Shown here piece by piece: positions 49,690-60,400 of a stretch of DNA of 64,000 bases. The stretch covers positions 72,914,001-72,978,000 of the forward strand of contig NC_087437.1 of assembly GCF_036321535.1 (NCBI RefSeq). The letters are read 5' to 3'. Under the pieces are notes generated by a model. It worked only from the letters and a program-made list of their open reading frames with translations. It was not told the origin of the DNA and did not search any database. Position numbers and translations under genes: made by a program. Numbering within the stretch: the first letter of the stretch is position 1; every line of letters starts with the position of its first letter. The stretch is from Camelus dromedarius. Lineage: Eukaryota.

Positions 49690-52659
49690 TTGTAGTTACT
49701 TTAAATAATTTACAAAGGATTCCTTAGTCTTTTACAATTAAAATACAAATAGTGTAGATACTGCTGGGCAAGTATTTTTCCTAGAACTGAGGAGCAGAGA
49801 ACATGGGCTTTGGAGTCAGACAGACTCCACCTCAAATTTCACCCCATCTCACTAGCTCTGTGGCCTGAGAAAGTAGCAGTATACATTTGTTTTAGGTATT
49901 AAGTGAAAAAAAAAATGCAGATAAAAAGGCAATAGTTTAATTCCTGGTCCTAAGAAGCACTGGATAGAGGTGAAATGTTGTTTTTCATCCTTATATTTCA
50001 GCTTCTACTTTTCTCTTTATCCTAATGTTTTAGTGAACAAAAATGATGGCATGTGAGCAGAGTTCATGCGAGGCCAGCTGTATTAGGAAAGGGTAGTCAG
50101 TGCACGCGGTGACGCAACCCCTGTTTGTAATGCCTTTGCTATCACACTCTGAGGTATGTATGGGGCGGGTCAGTGACAAGAAGAAACTCTTTGTTCAAAG
50201 ATGTTTAGCCAAACGCATTTCGTGGTGGCATGTCTTTATCTTGATCTTGTAAATGTTCAGGATGGTGGCTGCTTTGGAATGCCTGCCAGACAGCTAATGG
50301 AATTTTTAGGATGTATCTAAAAAATAGTGATAGCCTCTTTCTGTCCATATCCCTTGGATTTAGATGAGTGGATATTAGCTGAAGTGAGATAAGCTAGTAA
50401 TTAAATTCTTGAGTTCCCAGAGAAAGATTAAGATGGTGTCATTTATTCCCTTGGAAGTACCTAGATGTTGTGCTTGAGTGGGACTCATGAATTTGAGCCT
50501 CTGGAATAGAAAGGGGCAGAGATCTAGCCTGAGAATTGCCTGGGTTTCCTTAGGAAATATTCAGGACTGGGAAGACTCCAGTGACTGCCACCCCTAGGAT
50601 TGGGAACACTTTGTTCCTCACCCGTTCCTTCCCTTACCTCCCCTCAAAAAGGTCCAGTCTAGTCAACATTGGCCTTTTGGTTATATGGAACCCAACTGGC
50701 CTAGGGCATGGCACATCCAAGGGCCAGTGAAGAACCTCTGATTTGTTAGTCAGCTTTGCTTTTCTCAGTGACCCCCCCACTCCCAAGTTAAGCTCCTGTA
50801 TGTGCCTCATTCCATGACCACTGGGGAAAAGCCGCGGGTGGGAGATAAGGCAGAGGTGGATAGAATCCTGGCTCAGCCTCTGACTGAATGAACTTGGGCA
50901 AATTAATTAACTTGAGTTCTAACTTCCTGGCATGTAAAAGGAATAATAATGTCTGTCAAGTCTAGTCAACCTCAAGACTCATCATCCCCCACCTAATATC
51001 CAAAAGGCATGAAATGGGAAGAGAAGCTGGGTACACTTTTGGGGACCACCAGATGCCACAGGGAAAGGATAGGTAAGTCCTGAATGAACGCCCCGAGGCC
51101 AGCCTGCAGTGCTGTGGGTAAATCTGGCCGACGCATTTGAATGCTCTGACACCTTTCCCCCTCCTCAAAACCACCTCCATCACTTGCATTATCTCCAAAG
51201 ATTCTCTGGAAATTGGCCAGATGCACACTTCACATTTTACAGAGCTTAATTCCGCCATAGAAACCTATCATTTCTCATAATTCTTCACCACATTCCTGGG
51301 AGCTAGCCCCAGATTCATCCAAAATCACCCATGGGGTATGTTCCTGGGCCGCACTCTCAATGGCCTCAACTCCTGTATCTTGTTAACTGACAGAGCCACT
51401 TAAAATAAAACAAAACAAAACAAAACTTCTGGCCACAAACCTCACCAGAGGGGTGTCACTTCAGTTCCATAGATGATTGACAAAAATAGTGTGGAACATT
51501 ACCGTGTCTAACACATGGCCCAGCCCCATCCTGAAAGGGAGTTCAGAAAAATAGGGCCTTCCTAACAACAGGTTTTTCAATAATTGTAAGAACCAGGAAT
51601 CATTGCAAAGACCTGACAAGCCTATGTGGTGACAATATGACAATGTTTCTAGAGGAGTTATATTCAGACCTAAAGGAGAATGGGTCATGTTCACTAAAAA
51701 TAAAATTTCCAAGTGCATAGAGGGGGAAATTCCACGTTTTCTGATAACTGTGTAATAACCTCATTCCCCCTCAGTGATCACTTGATACCTTGTTCTAGAG
51801 TTAGTCTGTTCCTTCCCTATAGATCTCCAGCAGTTGGGGCAGCTTCTCCAAAGCCACAATCTCTTATGCCTGAGGTGGTACCAGGTGCCCAGTGTGTGTA
51901 AGTCTTGTTCACATTTGTTTATTATCAAGCTGGGAAGAACCTCGGCTCCTCTGGGCAGGATAAAAATGCACTCTGGTCTGGAGAGAACGTGGGCTATACC
52001 TTCACAGAAGGGTATCTTTTGCATTGTCTTGTATCTATTCTTTGAAGAGACTCAGTCAGGCAAGGGCTTTAGTGGTCGTCCATCAAAGGTAGGAAACAGA
52101 CTTGCATCAGTAAATGATTGACCGGCTGCCTGGGGTGATAAGCTTAGGTAAATAGGCTTGATTCTGCTCCAGCAATTTCAAGACTTTTAACTCCCTAAGT
52201 TCTAAAGAAAAATGCATGTGGCTCCCTGGGACATCCTGTCATTTGAGGTTGACAGCTTTCTGCATGGAGAGTGTGTTCCTCAGAATTAGATGCATACTGT
52301 CCTTGCTGGTATATCTTGAAAGTGAAAAGAATTCATGCAAGCAAAATTCAGGAACAAAGCCAAGTTTACAGAGCCATGAAGAATTTCAATAAATCATAAA
52401 TACGATTTTTTTTATAATAAAAGATTAAAAAAACCTCTTGAAATACGTAGACGAACAACAATTTTCAAAGGAAAGAGGAAATGGAAACGAAATACAGCAG
52501 GCTTTCCAGAACACTGGAGAACGAATGATTGGATTTGCCCAACACATGCCCACATCCACCACACCTCCTTCAGCAGACCATCATCTGGCTAAAGGTGATG
52601 GGCTGAGTGCTTGTTTTGTGAGTTTGAGAGGAGGGTCCATGACCAGACCCATCACCTAC

Positions 52660-52900
52660 CTTGAACGTTATTTTTCAATCTGGACTCTTCTCTCAGCTTT
52701 CTTCTGGATTCAATAGGGTTGGCTCACGACTGTTCCAATCCTTGCTGAAGATTTTTGGGCTGTTCGGAAGAAGCATCAGCACAGGCTTCTACCTTTTCCC
52801 CAAGCATGAAATCGACACGTTCCTTTCCGTGTCCTTTCTCGGTCTCCCTGGCCCCTGCAGACAGTGGTCACAGGCAGCAGTTTGCTTGCAGCCAGGTATG
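52660..52900 (-). other. PHLDB2: Candidate non-coding first exon of a distal-promoter PHLDB2 transcript
   Basis: Strong donor AAG|GTAGGT (exon ends at 52660) in unique, mildly CpG-retaining sequence, with a CCAAT box just upstream. Gene identity is inferred only from recalled human gene order (PLCXD2 then PHLDB2, same strand, distal PHLDB2 start a few kb past the PLCXD2 end). The 5' boundary is a guess. Confidence 0.45.
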
Positions 52901-53000
52901 TTGACAGATGTGAAGGCGGGAGCCCAGGCTGGTCTCGGCTGCCTGATCTGGCCAATCATTACACACCAGGTCGGGCTCTTAGTCCTGCTCAAATGCAAGC
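52900..53000 (-). promoter_or_regulatory. Candidate promoter with CCAAT box
   Basis: gccaatca (NF-Y-type CCAAT, 52952-52956) and a GC-box-like aggcggga around 52915, immediately upstream of the candidate exon. Confidence 0.4.
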
Positions 53001-53294
53001 AGAGAGCTAAGTGACAAAATCAGATAGCAGTAACTACCACAGGGAGCAAAAAGCGAGGTCTGCTAGCTATTGACTATCCAGAAAAGCAATTACCTTGCAA
53101 ACAAATCTGTGAAATAGATAAGACAATTACATCTCGGAGGAAATCCCTTTTATTTAATTTCTTTTTATTTCAGTGACCTCAGAATGGAATTTGGAGGTGA
53201 CTTTATCAAATCTCATGGAATTTAATAGTGGAAGGTCTCCTACTGAATTCCTGTCTGGTGAGAATCATTTGGAAGTTCCTGGAACAAATATGGC

Positions 53295-53475
53295 TGCCGT
53301 TTACTGAGTATGTACTATCTGTTGAGCATTTTATATATATTACCACAAATCCTCATAATAGTAACCTTGAGATTTTATTCTTTTTTATGGATGAGGGGAT
53401 AGAGGCTCAAAGGTGTAATGCTCAGGCAATGAGAGGGCACTGAAGCCAGGATTTGAACTCAGACATGCTCTAAAA
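53295..53475 (-). mobile_element. MIR
   Basis: tttactgagtatgtactat...ggatgaggggatagaggctca...gccaggatttgaactcag. Confidence 0.7.
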
Positions 53476-53514
53476 CCAGTACCAGTGTCAGTGCTCCTTT
53501 CAGGATACACACTC

Positions 53515-53845
53515 TAAGTAGGCTGAAAAAGAGCCTCCAGAGATCCCCATGTCCTAATCCTCAGAGCCTGTGAATATGCCACCTTACATGGTAAATGGAA
53601 CTTAGCAGATATGATCAAGTCAATGATTCTGAGATGAGAAATTATCCTGGATTATCCAGATGGGACCAATGTATCACGAGGGTCCTCACAAGAGGTTAGA
53701 ATCAAAGATGTGAAAATAGAACCAGAGACAGAGGGAGGTTGAAGATGCTACACTGATGGCTTTGAGGATGAAGGAAGTTGGTTCTAGAAGCTTCAAAGGC
53801 AAAGAAATGGATTCTCCTCTAGGGCCTCCAGAAGGAACACAGCGC
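53515..53845 (+). mobile_element. MLT1D-like LTR, 3'-truncated
   Basis: gtcctaatcc...gcctgtgaatatg...attatcctggattatcc...gattctcctctagggcctccagaaggaacacagc. Confidence 0.8.
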
Positions 53846-56189
53846 TTCTGTGTTCTCTCTGGTTTTCAGCTTTCTCTCCGGTTTTCAGCTTTCTCTCCTG
53901 TAACAAAGCACTGGGACAAATGTTCTTTGGTTCCTGCCACATCTAAAGTCATAAGACTAAAACCTCAGCCATAAATATCCTTGTCACCTTTTTCTCCATC
54001 TGTTCTAAATCAAACATTCCCACTCTCTCATCTGACACCTCTTCTGGACCTTCACTCCCTCGGTTGCCTTTCTCTGAGAAGCGCCAACATAGTCATCTGC
54101 CTCTGAAATGTTGCTCAGATCTGTGTGTGGTGCCGAGCCATCCCTCCGTGTCTGTTGGTGTGCATGTATTTTGTGGCTTTCCTACCACCCTCTCTTGCTA
54201 GAGCTCATCTAACTATCCTTTAGGATCCTTTGAACTTGGCTTAGTCTGTTCCTTTTTATCTTGGTTTATCTAATCTTACATCTTGAAAGAGAGGAGAGAG
54301 GACCTATAGTGAACAAATGCCTGAGTCTTAATTTAGTTTGTTTTTGGTAACAGGAAGGACCAAGGCTTTCTAGTGCTAGCCTCAATTGGCCATCTTTGCT
54401 CACTTAACCATATTTAAATGATAATTCGTTCTCACAGGCACTCCAAAGGTGATGGTATATGTTTTGGATCATAGATTCCTTGATGAAAGGTGTGGGTCCT
54501 CTACCAGGAGAAAGTGCACATACATCTAAAATTTTGTGTGTTGTTACAGGGAGCTCTGGCTCCGCAAAAGTGGTCCTCTGCCCCCACTGACGTGCGGCAA
54601 GTTAGTCCTGCACCCGCGAAGTTGCTAGTAGGGGATGCTTTTGTAAAAGACAATCTAGTCTTATACTTCACAGAAGCCTAGAAATAAGACTCTTTGGGCC
54701 CTGATTGAGAAACCACCTACTGGAGATCAAGACAGGAAAGTCTTTAGGCCAAAAAGCAGAGAAGTTCTCAGGTTAAGCAAAGGACAGTTTTCGGTGGCCT
54801 CCTTTTGCAGCAAGAGCTCTGCTTCTCAGGGCCCTTCTCCACAGGACAAATCCTGTTCTTTAGACACCAGTCCCCTTAGATGAAAGCTGTCTGCTTGCCA
54901 AAGACTTCTCTCAATCACATGATGCTACCGGACAGAGGCTGACACCTCTGCATCCCCTTCCCCACCCGTGCTATCCCCAAACACTGCCCAGCTGTGCAAA
55001 CACGCTGGTCTGACCAGCACTTCTGTTTTACTGGCGCTTGTCCAGGCCATCCTGGGTGAGGTTTGAGGCACATGGGCTCTGGCCACCATTCCTCCTCTGC
55101 AATCCTCCACTGTCTCTGTGAATGAAAGGTTTTCAAGTCTTAAAAATAATAACACTCCTTTAGTCAGAGTGAGCAGATTTGCAGAGAGGTAAACAAAGAA
55201 CATACTGCTGATCAAGAAGAATTCCTTTGAGAGGAAAAAAAAAAAAAACAAAAAACAAAAAAAACAAGCCGCAACAAAAATCCAGACCATCCAGGCCCAT
55301 CCCAACCTCAGGGAGTCACAGAAGAGGAATCCCCTTCCAAGCTATCCGCATTGCCCGTCGGTGGGGGTGGGACTCCCGCACTCCTCTCCCCCTAGTTTAA
55401 ACTGCTGCCCAAGACAACATGGTCAGAGGATGGTCTGAGCGCGGACCTCCGCAGGAAACAGGAAAACATTTTCCTTTATGAAAAAAAGAAGTGATTTCCT
55501 ATCTCGAATAGCAGCTTATAGATTTATTTGTTTAGTCAAGATGTTCAGAAAGAGCCCGGTCAAACTCAGTTCTCGGCAGAAGTGCGCCAGCATCAACTGC
55601 AAGGTCTTTTTTCAGTCTGGAGAGGATCATAAACTTAGGTCGTTCCCACAGCTTCTTCACAGCAGACTCTTTAAAAAAAAAAACTGAAATTTATTTCGAA
55701 AGGAAACTGTATGTGGTTATTGAAAAACTCTTATTAGTTGTTACAGAGAGAAGGTAGCCACAAACTAAATACAATACAACAAAATGATATTTAGTTAGAT
55801 ATTGTTGCCATTTTTGTTTTTCCTGAAGAAAGAAGGGTAAAAGAGATTTCATCACTAAGCTGAGACTCCCCCCTCAACTGATTGGAACAGTTAAGTGATG
55901 AATGATATAAACGCTATGAGGATGGCCACCTTCCACCTCACGCCATCCTGCAGGCCACCAGTGGTGGGAATCCCAACCCCTGAGCAATGTGTATTTCTCT
56001 GTGATTGTGTGACTTTCTCTTTCACTGTCTGAATGTACCTGCTTTATCTCTCATTAATTAGTTCCTGTTAAATCATTTACCAGTGGACACAATGGTTAGC
56101 AGTCAACCATGTAGAAGAGACTGTGCTGGGTGCTCTTTGGAGGGAGTGGGTGCAAAGTCCCCACCCTAGTATTAAGACTGATAGTAATT

Positions 56190-56400
56190 CTTGAGTATTA
56201 TTTACTATGTGCCGGACTCTGTGCTGAGATGCTCTCCATACATTTTCTTAGTTAGACTTCTCAGTAACCCCACAGTAGGTATTTTTAGTCCTATACCCTA
56301 TATATTTAGAGATGTTAGTTTGCCTAAGATCACATAGCCAGGGCGTGATTGAGTCGGGTTAGAAACCCAGGTCTGTGCCTCTCTGTGACGCCTGTTCTAA
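56190..56400 (-). mobile_element. MIR
   Basis: tactatgtgccgg...tttgcctaagatcacatagc...aacccaggtctg. Confidence 0.65.
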
Positions 56401-57390
56401 CTTCCTATGCTAAATAGAATGTTTATAACACAGTTGTAATATGACAAATTGTGGTTAGATAGTAAAGATTTCATATATAATGTAACAGCTCCATGGTCGT
56501 AAGGGCAGTGTCTCAACCCAAGCGGATGTTCAGAAAGTGAGTCAGGGCAGCAGAATCATTGCAGTTTCACTGTGCAGGTCATGTCTGTTTCACTTAATGT
56601 TTGGACCCAGCCCTGTCCACATCATGTCATTTTTTAAAAAATTAAAACCAAATAGGATTGACTGGAAATGGTGCTTATCAAAGCCAACCAGAGGACAGTA
56701 TGGTAGACTTACTAAACAGTAAAGACAGGCAGGAAGTTCTGACTATGACTATGTTCAATTGCTATGATAACTTGAATAGAAATACAATTATCCCTAATTA
56801 CCTGTTCTAATATTCGACTATATGAAATGAATAATTACTTCGATTTAATTTGATCTCTCTTAAATTCATAAATAGGCTTTCATCTCAACTCATTTTTCTT
56901 GTGGGCGGTAGGGCAAAAAGAGAAATTCACCAAAACTAGGTGGCCTCAGATACACTATTAAAAAGAATTAAGAATGAGGAAAATATTGGAATCTTCATTG
57001 CAGTTGCCAACAGAAACTGTCGTAGGCCTGCTTTTATCTATTCTTGGTACGCACAAACACATAATCTCTGCAATTGTTCTATTTCTGGGTATTGGCAACC
57101 TCTCAGAGTGACGCGGGCCGGGGTGGTGGTCAGATAAGAACACATGTGTCAGCAGGACTGAGCCTAAGTTCAGCGGAAACAGCCCAAGTGCTGAGGATGA
57201 AGCTTGGAAAAGCATGGCGGACAAGACTGCGTGCACATTTATTTCATGCACGGCCCATGCTGGGAACTGCAGGCGTGTGTGGCCAGCTCCGGTGTGTGCC
57301 AGCCATGGCTGAGGGGCCTTCGCCCAGTATCCTATTAGGTATCTGACTGATGAAGAGTCTGTAAGTTTTAAAAATCACATTAGAAGTGGG

Positions 57391-57446
57391 CCAATAATAA
57401 AATGTGCATACAAAGGAAAAGCACCTGCCAAGGTCTTATATTTATT
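57391..57446 (-). terminator. Poly(A) signal and cleavage region of PLCXD2
   Basis: Minus-strand AATAAA at 57446-57441, a CA dinucleotide ~15 nt downstream (57427-57426), then a U/GU-rich element ttttcctttgtatgcacattttatt. Confidence 0.65.
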
Positions 57447-60400
57447 ATTAGGTTTAAGCCTATTTAGGTAGTTCAAATCCAATACAAGAAAAGACATCAT
57501 GTCATCATATCTACTGAGCTTTTTTCACAGTTAAAATGAGGTAATCTGGCTTTACAATGTTGTAGCTTGAATTAAGCAGTTACATCCAGGTTACAAGAAA
57601 GAAGAAGAGATATTTGAACAATTATTTCCTACGAGAAAAAAAAAAAAGCCATGTGAAATGCATATGAATAAGATAATTACACCACAAAATACAGTTCCGA
57701 GTGTCAAATACCACATGCAAAAATTTCATTCTAATCTTAAAACTGGTATAATTATTGTTTTTTACTTAGAAAACAGCATGCATTTTCATATAAAACAAGC
57801 ATAGAGGACAAAATATAATATCTAATGGAGCATTTACCAGATTCACATTATCATCTGAATTGACCAAGACCTGTTTTCACTATGACGATCTCTGTATTTT
57901 CTAGTTGCTGATCAGTGAGCTTAAGTATTACGGTTGGCATACACACAAACAAGCAATGCATACACAATCTGTATGTAATACTTACCAATATTATAGTAAG
58001 TATAATAGCAGCAAGGTACCACTGTTTGTAGAACACGTTCTAAGATTTATCTTATTGATAATATAGATTTATGACTGAAGTGTTATTAGTGCTACAAACT
58101 AGTAACAGATGTAATACTGCAAATGTACAAAGCTACTGAAGGCCTACTTGACTTTTCAAAGTGCTGTGCTTCTCATTGGGCTCAGAGCTTGTGAATGAAG
58201 TACTGGCCCCCCAGTTCTGGGCTCCAATCAAGTATAGTTCTAGTGACGGGGGTGGGGGTGGGAGTGGGGGTGCAGGATGATGCATTCGAGGGGAATGAGA
58301 TATAAAAACCACTGTGATAAGAGTGTACCCGCACATCATTGACTGTATGTGCTTTTTTACTGTTAAGTTTTGTCAGCATCCTGTGGTTAACAGTAATCAG
58401 CAGATGTCAGAGGATGGCCAGGAGACACGAGGAGGAAGGGGTATCCTAGGAAGAAGAAGAGAGGGAAATAGACAGAAAATGCCTCTAGACACGGATGGGG
58501 GCCTCAGTAGAATGTGGGACTCAGTTCCCAGTGATGAGAAGGGAGATATTTTATCAAAACTATGCAGCTTAGAAACAAGTTTGAAAAGCCCTAAGAATAA
58601 GTTTTGCTGGAGCAAAGACTGGAACACTATATCCACTGCAGGATAGAAGAGTCAGAGTATTTTTACAGTGTCTGACATTGTGCTAATTTATCATTGACAG
58701 CATTTGTACTATACTGTTCAGGTTTAGGGCCGATTCAGGGATATGATGCCGTCAGTGGCACTATTTCTAGTAGGAAGCTGGGGAAGCTGGAGGATAAGAG
58801 ATAGTGGATCTCTCAGAGCAGTAAAGAGCTGTTCAGTATCATTTGGAATTAAGGGTAAAGTTTCCAGCTAAACCACTTATCACCCAATCAGTTCACTCCT
58901 GTGTGTCCCAAGGCAACATGCGTGAGTGACGGAGCCCTGGTGGCAGACACTAGGAAGCAAACTGAGGCAGAGGACCAAGATGTGCAGGGACGGTAGTGGA
59001 ATTTAGTGGACAGCCAGGTTCTGTACAAAATAAACTTCCCGTCAGTTTGGACATTTTATCAATTTCTACTCATTTCCTTTTGGTATCATGTGATTATTTG
59101 GGAAGGGCCGCCTCGCTAGGTCAGATATTTCTCTCAGCCCTACTCATCTCATCTGACCGATCACTAAAGGTGCCACAGATGGACAAGGCCTGTCACCCTA
59201 AGTCACACATGAGAAATGAGCCCAGGTAGCGTCTCTCCCCACATGCCACACAAGGAAGAGGCCACGACCGTACACTCCCTGAGCACAGGCATTTAACCGA
59301 ATTATTAGGAACCTGATATTTTGGGGAGCTAGTCAACTGTGGTTTGTCAAACACAGTCCGGATGGAAGAACCAAGGCAGATTCACACAGGTTGGCTCTTT
59401 GCTCAGCCAAGGGAGGGGAGGCTCGTGGTTGTGCCCGGATCATTAGCCCGTTCTGTTTCCCAGAACCTAACACTAAACACCTGTAACCACCCAATAAAGA
59501 ACGTTACAAACACTTGAGCTGTGGCATGAACTATCTCTGTAAGATGGCCTGGATTTGTGTAGTGCTTTTGCTTCCCAGGAAAAGCAGCAGTTTAATCTCA
59601 GTCTTAACCTCCTCTGTTTCCCCACCTTCAGTTTTGTGCTAACCTTCCTAGCTGGGCTGTAATAATGTCTCTGTGGGAAGCATTTTCTTACGGTAAGATT
59701 CAGAAAGACAGAAGTAGGAGGTCCTGACACACCTCAGAACTGCATTTAACTCTAGACTGTTGCACTGCATTTTCTTGAGCAGAAAGATCAACTCTTTTTT
59801 CAGTTGGAGGTGCCAGGGATTGAACCTAGGACCTCATGCATGCTAAGCTTGCGCCCTACCCCTCAGCTATGACCCTCCCCTCAGAAAGATCAACTTTCTG
59901 ATGTGTATATAAGGTCATGCTAGAATAAGCAGGCTTCTTAAGAGTGATCATTAACTGGGCTCAGATCTTGTGCTTTTCTTTAAGTTTATATAAAATACTG
60001 GGTTTGGACTGTGGCTTAACTATTCTCAAGAACTCAGGAGTCTGGACTCCCTGCTAAGGAAAATAATTAAACTTAATTACTAAAGTGTCTAATACAGCAA
60101 ATATGTAATATTTTTTGGCATAACCCTCTTAGATCCACCATTAATTTAAAATTTAATCGCCAATAATGTGTCATTCCCTTCCATCAATTCCATCTTGACC
60201 TTTCTCTCTAAAGCTAAGAATATTTTCTGTACCCACAAAACCACAGTGGTACTTCTAATAGGCTCAGAGTTCAAGGCTTTAAACACTGCTCTACTCCAAC
60301 TGCAACTTGTGATTGTCCCCTTGGCCACAAAGCCATGGGAGTGTGGCCACGTGGGAAGCGGTCCAGGGAGCCCATGCAAAATTCAGTCTACGTTTCAGAA

